Below are positions 26,507 through 37,985 of a DNA stretch of 64,000 nucleotides, one piece after another. The notes beneath the pieces are model-generated. The model did no database searches and was not told the DNA's origin. It worked only from the letters and a program-made list of their open reading frames with translations. Source of the DNA: Macrostomum lignano (taxonomy: Eukaryota); NCBI GenBank assembly GCA_002269645.1, contig NIVC01000326.1, positions 248,001-312,000 on the forward strand. Reading direction: 5' to 3'. Position 1 is the first letter of the stretch. The number at the start of each line of letters is the position of its first letter. The translations under genes and the position numbers were made by a program.

Positions 26507-27710
26507 ATGGCCTCCGAGAGTTCGGCAGCGGCCAGTGGGGACGGCTCGTCCATTGCGGCGGCGCTGCGGCTGCCCTCCGAGCTGCCCTGCCACCTGTGCC
26601 GCCGGCCAGCCGAGTGCAAGCGCTGCGGCGGCTGCAGCGGCGTCTGGTACTGCGGCCGCGACTGCCAGCGGAGCGACTGGCAGCGGCACCGGCCGCACTG
26701 CCACCGGCTGCAGGACATCCGGCGTTGGGCCGCGTTCGCCGAGCATCTGGGCACTCAGTTTAGCCAGGCCGATGACATGGCCTATGCCAAGGCGCCTAGG
26801 GATCTCAGCAGCTTGCCAACTCTGCCTCATCTGGTGCTGGGAACTGTGGGCAGCTCGACAAGTGGACAGGCGAGTGTTCAAAATTTACGAATTCACTGTG
26901 AATGCGTGAAGATAAAGATTATTATATATTAAATTCACTTGACTCTGTGTGAACTCGCTGCGCATGTCAATTAGATTAGTGAATATTCGTGTGAATGCGC
27001 GTGAATCATGTGTGAATGCGCGTGAATCATGTGTGAATGCGCGTGAATCATGTGTGAATGCGCGTGAATCCTGTGTGAATGCGCATGAATCCTGTTTAAG
27101 TGCGCGTGAATCCTGTGTGAATGCGTGTGAATCCTGTGTGAATGCGCGTGAATCCTGTGTGAATGCACGTGAATCCTGTGTGAATGCGTGTGAATTCTTT
27201 GTGAATACACGTGAATCCTGTGTGAATGCGCGTGAATCCTGTATGAATGCGCGTGAATCCTGTCTGAATGCGCGTGAATCATGCGTGAATGCACGTGAAT
27301 CCTGTGTGAATGCGCGTAAATCCTGTGTGAATGCGCGTGAATCGTATGTAAATTAACTCGCCCACTCGCGTCCGATTCGATCCCAGGCTCACCTGAACAC
27401 GTGTCGCTTCAGCCACGAGCGGCCGAGCACCATCCCCATGTTCATCATGAGCGAGGACCTGCGTTCTGTTGAATCCAATCCCAGGATCCTCGACGACAGC
27501 TTTCGCAACCTGTTCGGTGGCAAGTCCCTGGAGGCAGCGGCCAAGGCCGGCCTCCCGATTGCTGTGAAGCGGTCTTGCCTGCACGAGCCCGGCTTCCAGC
27601 TGCCCTCCATCATTCACACTAGCAAGGCCAACTCGCCATTTGGCTCCGAGCAGTGCGTCTTCGTCCTGCCCTCCCCTGCCGCCGCATCGGCTGCTGGCAA
27701 AAGTAAATGA
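26507..27710 (+). CDS. MYND-type zinc-finger protein, ~228 aa
   Basis: CHLC..CGGCSGVWYCGRDCQRSDWQRHRPHC is a MYND finger. Exons 26507-26869 and 27387-27710 join in phase 0 through a CAG|GCGAGT (GC-AG) intron. Confidence 0.8.
26988..27350. repeat. 21-bp minisatellite in the MYND gene intron
   Basis: GTGTGAATGCGCGTGAATCCT units. Confidence 0.92.
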
Positions 27711-27829
27711 CCTGTCAGTACTGTTCAGATGACGAGGCACTTTGTGTACAAAGTACGCAAATAGTTGCTCTCGCCGTTTGCCTATTTTCTTTGTTAATGA
27801 AGGTTGCTTTCATAATCCTATGATTTCCA

Positions 27830-28060
27830 AAATGCCCCGAAACTTCCAAATCCCCTAAAACTCCCCAATCCCCCAAAACTCCCCAAATCCCCTTAAAACT
27901 CCTAATTCCCTAAAACTCCCCAATCCCCTAAAACTCCCCAATCCCCAAAACTTCCCAAATCCCCTAAAACTCCCCTATCCCCCAAAACTTCCCAAATCCC
28001 CAAAACTTCCCAAATCCCCAAAACTCCTTAAATCCCCGAAACTTTTCAAATCGTCGCAAC
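27830..28060. repeat. C/A-rich degenerate ~18-bp repeat
   Basis: CCCCAAAACTTCCCAAAT units. Confidence 0.8.
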
Positions 28061-28489
28061 CTCCCAAATCATCCCCAATATTATTTGGGTCCGTTTGTGC
28101 CAAACTGAGTGTAGGTCGTCCTGGGTTCGAGCGCCGACGGACTCGAGATTTAATCAATAAATCCATATGCTAAAAATATTGCCTAATTGCTTGAGATCAT
28201 GTCGCAGAAGGTTCAGGTGCCAGTTTTTGTCCTATCATAAATCATGATTTCTTTCCTGTCATTAAAATACTACTTATTAGTAGTGTGGCAATTCAAATTT
28301 TTGACGCTCTCGTATTATAAATTAATAAAGTTTTTGGAATTTCACCGTTCTGCCCATTCCACTCAGCCGCGGGACTCTCGTAGCTGCCATGCAATTTTTT
28401 TTCGTATTTGTCAATCTTCATCGATATTTACCGCTTTTGATTCAATTTTCACTCCCGTTTTCGTTCGGCTATTTTACTAATTGACTCCC

Positions 28490-29670
28490 TTAGAGATTCA
28501 GTAGGTCAGCACCCTGGAGATGCAGTGGGTCAGCACCCTGGAGATGCAGTGGGTCAGCACCCTGGAGATGCAGTGGGTCAGCACCCTGGAGATGCAGTGG
28601 GTCAGCACCCTGGAGATGCAGTGGGTCAGCACCCTGGAGATACAGTGGGTCAGCACCCTGGATATGCAGTGGGTCAGCACCCTGGAGATGCAGTGGGTCA
28701 GCACCCTGGAGATTCAGTAGGTCAGCACCCTGGAGATGCAGTGGGTCAGCACCCTGGAGATGCAGTGGGTCAGCACCCTGGAGATTCAGTAGGTCAGCAC
28801 CCTGGAGATGCAGTGGGTCAGCACCCTGGATATGCAGTAGGTCAGCACCCTGGAGATGCAGTGGGTCAGCACCCTGGAGATTCAGTAGGTCAGCACCCTG
28901 AAGATTCAGTAGGTCAGCACCCTGGATATGCAGTGGGTCAGCACCCTGGAGATGCAGTGGGTCAGCACAGCACCCTGGAGATTCAGTAGGTCAGCACCCT
29001 GGAGATGCAGTGGGTCAGCACCCTGAAGATTCAGTAGGTCAGCACCCTGGATATGCAGTGGGTCAGCACCCTGGAGACGCAGTGGGTCAGCACCCTGAAG
29101 ATTCAGTGGGTCAGCACTCCGGAGATTCAGTGGGCCAGCACCCTGGATACGCAGTGGGCCAGCACCCTGAAGATTCAGTGGGTCAGCACTCCGGAGATTC
29201 AGTGGGTCAGCACTCCGGAGATTCAGTGGGTCAGCACTCCGGAGATTCAGTGGGTCCGAACCCTGGATATGCAGTGGGCCAGCACCTTGGAGATGCAGTG
29301 GGCCAGCACCCTGGAGATTCGGTGGGTCAGCACCCTGGAGATTCAGTGGGTCAGCACCCTGGAGATTCGGTGGGTCAGCACCCTGGAGATACAGTGGGTC
29401 AGCACCCTGGAGATTCAGTGGGTCAGCACCCTGGATATGCAGTGGGTCAGCACCCTGGAGATTCAGTGGGTCAGCACCCTGGAGATTCGGTGGGTCAGCA
29501 CCCTGGATATGCAGTGGGTCAGCACCCTGGATATGCAGTGGGTCAGCACCCTGGAGATACAGTGGGTCAGCACCCTGGAGATTCAGTGGGTCAGCACCCT
29601 GGATATGCAGTGGGTCAGCACCCTGGATATGCAGTGGGTCAGCACCCTGGGTATGCAGTGGGTCAGCACC
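28490..29670. repeat. 24-bp minisatellite upstream of VPS37
   Basis: TGCAGTGGGTCAGCACCCTGGAGA units. Confidence 0.95.
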
Positions 29671-29725
29671 TTGAAGAGGCACATCTGTCAGCACCAGCAG
29701 CCACTCCGGCACCCAGCCCGCAGCC

Positions 29726-31326
29726 ATGTACCCGAACTACAGTCTGTACGGTGGTCAGCCCCAGTCCCAGCAGCAGCCGCCGCCTGCCTACGAAGTTGGC
29801 GCCGTTGCTTGCGGCGGTGGCAGCGGCCTCGACAGCCTCCTGGCTCAGCTGAAGCGCATGGACAAGGAGGAGCTGCAGAAGCTGCTGGACTCGGATGACA
29901 AGGTGGCCGAGATGACCTCCGGTAGCGGCGAGGTGAGAGCCCCGAATTCTCCGCCCAGACTCACCTAAACTCACATAGACTCACATAGATTCACCTAGAC
30001 ACCCAGATTCACCTAGACACCCAGATTCACCTAGACACCCAGATTCACCTAGACACCCAGATTCACCTAGACTCACATAGACTCACATATATTCACCTAA
30101 CCTAGACTCACATAGACTCACATAGATTCACCTAGACACCAGATTCACCTAGACTCACATAGACTCACATAGATTCACCTAGACACCCAGATTCACCTAG
30201 ACTCACATAGACTCACATAGATTCACCTAGACACCCAGATTCACCTAGACTCACCCAGACTCACCTAGACTCACCCAGACTCACCTAGACTTACCCAGAC
30301 TCTCACCCAGACTCACCCAGACTCATCGAGACTTACCCAGACTCTCACCCAGACTCACCCAGACTCACCTAGACTCTCACCCAGACTCTCACCCAGAGTC
30401 CCAGACTCACCCAGACTCTCACCTAGACTCACCCAGACTCTCACCTAGACTCTCACCCAGACTCACCTAGACTTACCTAGACTCTCACCCAGACTCTCAC
30501 CCAGAGTCCCAGACTCACCCAGACTCACCCAGACTCTCACCTAGACTCACCCAGACTCTCACCTAGACTCACCCAGACTCTCGCCTAGACTCACCCTGAC
30601 TCTCGCCCAGACTCACCTAGACTCTCGCCCAGACTCACCTAGACTCTCGCCCAGACTCACCTAGACTCTCGCCCAGACTCACCTAGACTCTCGCCCAGAC
30701 TCACCTAGACTCTCGCCCAGACTCACCTAGACTCTCGCCCAGACTCACCTAGACTCTCGCCCAGACTCACCTAGACTCTCGCCCAGACTCACCTAGACTC
30801 TCGCCCAGACTCACCTAGACTCTCGCCCAGACTCACCTAGACTCTCGCCCAGACTCACCTAGACTCTCGCCCAGACTCACCTAGACTCTCATCTAGCGAG
30901 TCTCAGCCAGAGATCTCACTGAGACCCCGGCCGCCCCCGCAGTTGCAGCAACTCGGCCAGGCCAAGCAGGCAGCCATGGCGGCCAACCGGCAGATGGCCG
31001 AGCTGAATTTCGCCCTGGGGCCGCGCATCGAGGAGAGCCGGCGCCGCTTGGCCGCGCTGTCGGACGAGGCCGACGCTCAGCGCGCCGTTTTCTTAGAAAC
31101 GCGCAGCCGGCTGGAGTCGCTGAACTCGGCGGCCAGCCCGGACACGCTGCTCACCCTGCTGGAGGCCGCCTGCATGGAGGCGGACGAGCAGGCAGAGTCG
31201 CTGGCCGAGGCTCTGGCCACTGGCGGCCTGGACATGGCCGGCTTTGTCCGGCAGTACTCGGAGGCCAGGCAGCTGTACCACCTGCGCCGGGCCAAGGTGG
31301 ACTGGCTGGCCAAGGAGACTCACTGA
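29726..31326 (+). CDS. VPS37: ESCRT-I subunit VPS37-like (Mod(r) domain), ~196 aa
   Basis: Exons 29726-29932 and 30943-31326 (phase 0). C-terminal AESLAEAL..GGLDMAGFVRQYSEARQLYHLRRAKVD is typical of the VPS37 C-terminal domain. Confidence 0.88.
29960..30895. repeat. 10/22-bp minisatellite (ACTCACCTAG / ACTCTCGCCCAG) in the VPS37 intron
   Basis: Tandem units. Confidence 0.93.
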
Positions 31327-31444
31327 GAACTTGGGGGTTGCGATTTTGGTAGACATTTGCCCCTAAACTGCTTTGTTGCAGCCTGTCCGTTGCTGGCTGG
31401 CGTTCTTCGTTTAATTGTGACTCACATTATCTTTATTTCGCGTT

Positions 31445-32060
31445 CCAGCTTCATCATCCCCGAGCTTCATCATCTCCCAGTTTCATCACCCCCAAGCTTC
31501 ATTATCCCCAAGCTTCATCACCCAGCTTCATCATCACCCAGCTTCATCATCCCCAAGCATCATCACACAGCTTCATCATCCCCAAGCATCATCACACAGC
31601 TTCATCATCCCCAAGCATCATCACACAGCTTCATCATCCCCAAGCATCATCACACAGCTCCATCGTCCCTGAGCATCATCACCCAGCTTCATCCCCAAGC
31701 ATCATCACACAGCTTCATCGTCCCCAAGCATCATCACACAGCTTCATCGTCCCCAAGCATCATCACACAGCTTCATCGTCCCCAAGCATCATCACACAGC
31801 TTCATCGTCCCCAAGCATCATCACACAGCTTCATCGTCCCCAAGCATCATCACACAGCTTCATCGTCCCCAAGCATCATCACACAGCTTCATCGTCCCCA
31901 AGCATCATCACACAGCTTCATCGTCCCCAAGCATCATCACCCAGCTTCATCATCCCCAAGCATCATCACCCAGCTTCATCATCCCCAAGCTTCATCATCT
32001 CCCAGCTTCATCACCCCCAAGCATCATCATCCCCAATCATCATCACCCAGCTTCAATCCA
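31445..32060. repeat. CATCATCCCCAAGCATCATCACACAGCTT-type minisatellite 3' of VPS37
   Basis: Tandem units. Confidence 0.9.
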
Positions 32061-32764
32061 TCTAAGCTTCCCCGTCCCATAACATTATTACTCTTCACTC
32101 AGTCTTCAGCTAGATTCCAAACCTCATCATTCCCTAGATTCTCTAAAAATAATATTAATCTTTTTTGCAAAATGTAGCAAATTAAACTTCGTAGAGAGTA
32201 CATGATAAACGGGATTGAATCTCAGTGATTTATTGCCCTTATTACTGTCAGATCTGGTCACAACTGCTTGACTGGCATTGCAAATTTGTACAAAAATTTG
32301 TTCAAATTTATAAATTTCGGTTGCTAATTCGTTTGACTACTCATTTCCCCTATTCAGTAGTATGATTGCTGACGGGTAGAATTTTGTGTTTTATTGAGAT
32401 CAATTTGCAATTTATTTACATGCCCGCCTTGACCTTGAATAATACACAGCCTGTTATTTGTGCTTATCCTGTTTCAATTCTAGTCTTTGTTATTGCAAAA
32501 ATTTGACTAATATAATTATTAGCGAAATTTAATTGTGTACCAGCTGTGCTAATTTGATTCTGGTTAGCTGTGCAATAGAAAATATCCTGGCTGCTTCCTC
32601 TATGCAGCTTATCTCTGAGCTCTCTTAACTTTCCCAATAATTGGAGACCTCTGACGGCTGAGCTGGTTCAGGTAGTCTCCGATATGTATCGATAACAACT
32701 TTCTAGTGTTACTGATCAACTCTCCTGTTGATGCAAAATCTAGTTAATGGCTCAGAAAGGCTGG

Positions 32765-33245
32765 GAAATGCTCTGGTTGGGACTTGAGGTTGGGACTGAG
32801 GGATTCGGACTGATGGGTTGGGATTCAGGGGACTGGGGGTTGGGACTGATGTGTTGGGATTCAGGGGACTGGGGGTTGGGACTGATGTGTTGGGATTCAG
32901 GGGACTGGGGGTTGGGACTGATGTGTTGGGATTCAGGGGACTGGGGGTTGGGACTGATGTGTTGGGATTCAGGGGACTGGGGGTTGGGACTGATGTGTTG
33001 GGATTCAGGGGACTGGGGGTTGGGACTGATGTGTTGGGATTCAGGGGACTGGGGGTTGGGACTGATGTGTTGGGATTCAAGGGACTGGGGTTGGGACTGA
33101 TGTGTTGGGATTCAGGGGACTGGGGGTTGGGACTGATGTGTTGGGATTCAGGGGACTGGGGGTTGGGACTGATGTGTTGGGATTCAGGGGACTGGGGGTT
33201 GGGACTGATGTGTTGGGATTCAGGGGACTGGGGGTTGGGACTGAG
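32765..33245. repeat. 36-bp minisatellite
   Basis: GGGTTGGGACTGATGTGTTGGGATTCAGGGGACTGG units. Confidence 0.95.
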
Positions 33246-33666
33246 AGACTTGTTTAGTTACTAGTGCTTGTCTCTTATCACTATAGTAGTCACTACAAGT
33301 TGCAATCGTCTATAAAGCACGCAAGCCTTTATAGTCACTTTACAAGTTACGAGCCAAAAGGCCAAGTTCCGGACTCCTAGACAATTTGTTGAGCTTGATC
33401 ACACGAGTCAATCGAAAGTCGTTCTGTCATTAACGGCTAGTTTAGCTCTGCTCTGCTGGACCTCATTCTGCTATTGTACTCAAGCCAGTTGTGTATCTTC
33501 GCTCCGAGCCAATTACGAGAATACGAGTATCAAAGCTCATTTAAAAGCTCACGCTTTCAAATATGCCTATGGCGACCCTCTGCTCACTCAACTCACTCAA
33601 GCACTGAGTCAGTCTGTGGCAAGTACAGCTGGGCATAAAACTGTCTGCGGAGAAACTCTGAGACAG

Positions 33667-33900
33667 ATGAACTGGCGACTCGCTGCCGCCCTGCTGCTGC
33701 TGCAGCTTCTGTCAAGTCCGGCTCTGGCCGAGGTCTGGGCGCCCGACCAGGAGCTCGCAGACGGCGCTGCGCCACTGCCTGATGACCAGCCGGTGGCAGG
33801 AGACTGGACTCCAGATGAGGAAGACCTCGAAGATGCTGGACCTGAGGCCAAGTTTCCCGGGCGGCCTCCTCCAGTGTATCGAAACCGTTATATTAACTGA
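33667..33900 (+). CDS. Small secreted prepropeptide 1 (77 aa: signal, acidic pro-region, cationic 15-mer FPGRPPPVYRNRYIN)
   Basis: Leu-rich signal ending SPALA; homology to 35658-35888; AATAAA at 33929. Confidence 0.75.
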   Translation: MNWRLAAALLLLQLLSSPALAEVWAPDQELADGAAPLPDDQPVAGDWTPDEEDLEDAGPEAKFPGRPPPVYRNRYIN

Positions 33901-34009
33901 TCGACTTTCTTTTGCCTAAGCTTTGACTAATAAATACATAAATATATACACTGTTGCTGACTAGCCAAACAATTGATTAGAGCTTTTTTCACCAGGTCTT
34001 TGTTTCTTC

Positions 34010-35000
34010 TACCTCCCGCTGCCCCTTCCACTCTGCCTCCTGTTTCCCTCTGCTGCCCCCCTCTACCTCCTTCTGTTTCACTCTACCCCCCTCTACCTTC
34101 TGTTTCCCTCTGCTGCCCCCCTCTACCTCCTTCTGTTTCACTCTACCCCCCTCTACCTTCTGTTTCCCTCTGCTGCCCCCCTCTACCTCCTTCTGTTTCA
34201 CTCTACCCCCCCCCTCTACCTCCTGTTTCCCTCTGCTGCCCCCTCTACCTCCTTCTGTTTCACTCTACCCCCCTCTACCTCCTGTTTCCCTCTGCTGCCC
34301 CCTCTACCTTCTTCTGTTTCCCTCTGCTGCCCCCCCCCTCTACCTCCTTCTGTTTCCCTCTGCTGCCCCCTCTACCTCCTTCTGTTTCCCTCTGCTGCCC
34401 CCCCTCTACCTCCTTCTGTTTCCCTCTGCTGCCCCCTCTATCTCCTGTTTCCCTCTACCCCCCTCTACCTCCTTCTGTTTCCCTCTACCCCCTCTACCTC
34501 CTGTTTCCCTCTACCCCCCTCTACCTCCTTCTGTTTCCCTCTGCTGCCCCCTCTACCTCCTTCTGTTTCCCTCTACCCCCCTCTACCTCCTTCTGTTTCC
34601 CTCTGCTGCCCCCCTCTACTTCCTGTTTCCCTCTGCTGCCCCCCTCTACCTCCTTCTGTTTCCCTCTGCTGCCCCCCTCTACCTCCTTCTGTTTCCCTCT
34701 ACCCCCCTCTACCTCCTTCTGTTTCCCTCTACCCCCCTGTACCTCCTGTTTCCCTCTACCCCCCCTCTACCTCCTTCTGTTTCCCTCTGCTGCCCCCCTC
34801 TACCTCCTTCTGTTTCCCTCTACCCCCCTCTACCTCCTTCTGTTTCCCTCTACCCCCCTGTACCTCCTGTTTCCCTTTACCCCCCCCTACCTCCTTCTCT
34901 TTCCCTCTGCTGCCCCCCTCTACCTCCATCTGCCTCCCACTGCCATCCTTCTGCCTCCTTTATGTTTCCATCTGCCTCCCACTGCCTCCCTTGCCTCCCT
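34010..35000. repeat. C/T-rich minisatellite (CTCTACCTCCTTCTGTTTCCCTCTGCTGCCCC family)
   Basis: Tandem degenerate units; I see no AG dinucleotide on + between 33996 and 35172. Confidence 0.9.
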
Positions 35001-35657
35001 CTGCCCCCCTTATGCCTCCCTCTGCCCCCCTTATGTCTCCCTGTGCCTCCGCTCTGCCTCTCCCCTCTTAACTCTCCTGTTACCTTTCCATCTCAACCTC
35101 CCCACTTCCATCTCTCGCTATCTACCTCCCTCCTCTCTCCGCTTGTGCTGACCCTCATTATTCTCTTGTCGCAGCTGTTGTGTTTACTGCTGAAGCTTTT
35201 TTCGAACCGAGAAAACTCAGTTGCATTTTGCAAATACTTTAAGACCGCAGCAATGTGAGCTCACTACTGTGCCTGAACTCACGTGTTTTGCCCCGCTGCC
35301 GCCAGGTGCCTGGGGTCGCTGTTTACAGCCTCCAAAGCCTCCATCTTCAATTGAAGCGAGTCCCATCGTGCCGCTCAAAAGATGCGCCCACCAAAGCCAG
35401 GCACAATGCAGCAATTCTTGCCTCGAGGCTTAAGAAGTCATTGTGCGATAAGCAAAGACGTCTAGTCAGCTGACCTGGACTGGAGACCGCCAATGCTTCG
35501 TCTCAGCCACATGAATTGCCAGTCCAAGTGTTTACAACCAGCAGTCCCCGGCTTCGCGCTCGTTTTCAGCCACGTGAGGTGAATGAAAAAAAATTGCGCT
35601 TCTATAAAGTTCAGGTGCGCGAGGCTGCAGCTCGCAGCTCCCAGCTCAGATCTCAGC

Positions 35658-35888
35658 ATGAAGCTCGCTTGGTACCTGTGCACCGCCGCCGTCGCCGCGT
35701 TTCTGCTGGCGGACCTGTCGCTGGCCGACGTCTGGGCGCCCGACCAGCTGGAGGACGCGGCGCCGCTGCCCGAGGCCGGCCAGCAGCAGCCGGAGGAGGC
35801 CATGGCCGAGGAGGACATGGACCTCGGGCCCGAGGCCAAGGCACCTGGGAAGCCGGGTCCGGCAAGTTATCGAGTTTACCGCTGGTAG
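35658..35888 (+). CDS. Small secreted prepropeptide 2 (76 aa: signal, acidic pro-region, cationic 15-mer APGKPGPASYRVYRW)
   Basis: Signal ending LSLA; shares VWAPDQ, AAPLP and GPEAK with 33667-33900; GC-rich codon usage. Confidence 0.78.
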   Translation: MKLAWYLCTAAVAAFLLADLSLADVWAPDQLEDAAPLPEAGQQQPEEAMAEEDMDLGPEAKAPGKPGPASYRVYRW

Positions 35889-36177
35889 CCTCTGACAGCG
35901 CACCTCTGGGCTGTACTCCACTCTGTGTTCCTTTTGCACTTTTAATGAATATGCATAAATCTATCAGGTTATTCTGTTTGCCAGTGTTGTATCGCGTGTT
36001 TACTTGTCAAGCGAATTTTACTACTGACAAGTCTGCAAGCGAGCTTTGCTACTCACTGATCAGTAGGGTGTGCGCGCACACGCACCCAATGACTACTGTA
36101 GTACATGTATAGCAGGATGTACGCTCGTAAGTGTCAAAGATTGGATCGTTTTTGGAGGCCAATTTTCCGGAAAAATA

Positions 36178-36457
36178 CACTGTGGTGATAGGAGAAATCG
36201 TATTTTTCATCACATATAGACCATGATTGCATTTGATCTGGGATAGAGAAGATTACCTTTTCTTCAATTAGAGTTGTAAATACTCGCAAGTGGCATTAAC
36301 TTCAAGATGGAAAATAAAACAAAAAGTCGGGCTCATAACATAAAACGAACAATATTAAAAGATAGGTAATCTTCACTAGCTTAGATTCATGCAATTCATG
36401 CAGCAAATCGGCCTCTGAAAAATTACACGATCTTTGAGTTTCACGTCCTTGACAGTG
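36178..36457. mobile_element. Degenerate foldback / MITE-like element (~280 bp)
   Basis: Ends CACTGT...ACAGTG. Nested inverted matches include GAAGATTACCT/AGGTAATCTTC and CATGATTGCAT versus ATGCAATTCATG. No clean TSD. Confidence 0.45.
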
Positions 36458-36953
36458 GTCCTTGAATTTGCCAACATTTCACAACACAAAGTGCGCGCAT
36501 GTTTGAAAAATGAACAGTCTTTATCATAACTCCTGTAACCCTCTCACTTTGTTTCTGCTCCATTGCTTATGCTCAACTACTCAACTCCCAGCTGTTAACT
36601 AAAGCAGGATGGCTCGTTCACGCAGTTGGTGGGCTGCAGGACAGCTCAGTGCCGACTGCTTCGTACGCGGTCACTTATGTTGTCATGCTGTCAGGAATGA
36701 TTGCTGCAACACGTGATTCAAAGGTGGTTCTGGGTTAACGACTCTGTATTTGTCAACTTTTTCAACAGATCTCAAATAAAACCGCTGCTGGTCGATAAAC
36801 TCGCTATGGGAAAATTCAAACAACAAATTTTGACCTTCCGGCATCCAGCAAACAAAACACGGCGTTTGTTTAAACAATTGCACAGTTCCGCAACAATTCA
36901 AATAAAACACTTGAAGAACTCTCTAGTATTGCATCATCGATTCTTTTGCTCCA

Positions 36954-37985
36954 TTAGAAAACGAGCATTTCAAACTCCTTCAGTGAGTAGTAATGGCCGA
37001 ACGGATGTTTCCAAATAACACCCTGAGCGTACGGGCCGCCAATGGCTGAAGATAAGTCTCTGTACCGTCCGTTGGGGTGGGTGGCGAAGCAGCTGGAGAA
37101 CCACCAGGCGCCAATGAAGGTAGTCGCGCAGCTTCCGCTCCCGTCAAAATGCGTATCGTGATCGGCGTCCTTGGTGCTGAACTGCATGCCGCTCTGGGGA
37201 GACATCGCGTCGCCGATGCCGGCGCTGCTGGAGAAGCCGGACACGCTCAGCCGGTAGCTGTCCGACTCGGGACCCACGGAGAAGCTGGAGTACTCAGCCC
37301 AGTGCTCAGAGTCGTTCCACGTCTTCATCAGGATCCTCAGCTTCCGAGGACCAGAAGCAGTGAGAGCGTGGAGAGAGTTTAGGCCTGGGAAGATGCGGAT
37401 GTCATGGCGGTCTTTGTCATTGAAGTCCGAGTTGGAAAAGGAAGCGAATGGAGCAGATCTGGGATGCACTCACCGATCCAGTAGTTTCCGTCGGGTCCCT
37501 CGCCGAACTCGCTCTGGTACTGAGTCCAGTTGCGGTAAAAGTCCACTGAGCCGGACACCCTGTGCTGCACGGTGGTCCAGCAGTCACTGCCGGCTGTCTG
37601 CAAGGTGACACACAGGTGTGCCAGGTTACCACGCGTTAAATTGTGGTAGTGATGCTACACATCTAACAGAGTGACTCACCCACACTCGCTGAGCTCCCTT
37701 GCTCGCATTGCGGCACTTCCTGCAGTGGCTCAGGCCCAGGCGACACCTGAAGTGAGTGCACAGGCCGGAACTGGCGCTGAACGCCACCAGCTGCACAGCG
37801 GGGTTCGAGCCTGCAGTTGCCATGCAGTCGATGTCGCTCAGTGCCGGAAACGAAGAAGCAGCCTCATAGTCGGCCAGGCCGTCTCGGCTCAGCCGCCACG
37901 TTCTCTCAGCTGGCACGTTTCCGGCGAGAGGATGGAGGGCAGCGAGCAGCAGGATGGCCGCTTTGAGCACACTTACAGAGCACAT
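36954..37985 (-). CDS. Secreted fibrinogen-related (FReD) protein with N-terminal PAN/apple-like region, ~286 aa
   Basis: Exons 37985-37680, 37597-37474 and 37384-36954 (82- and 89-bp GT-AG introns, 861 nt). Motifs [40 protein letters not shown] and GAWWFSSC; signal peptide present. Confidence 0.9.
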
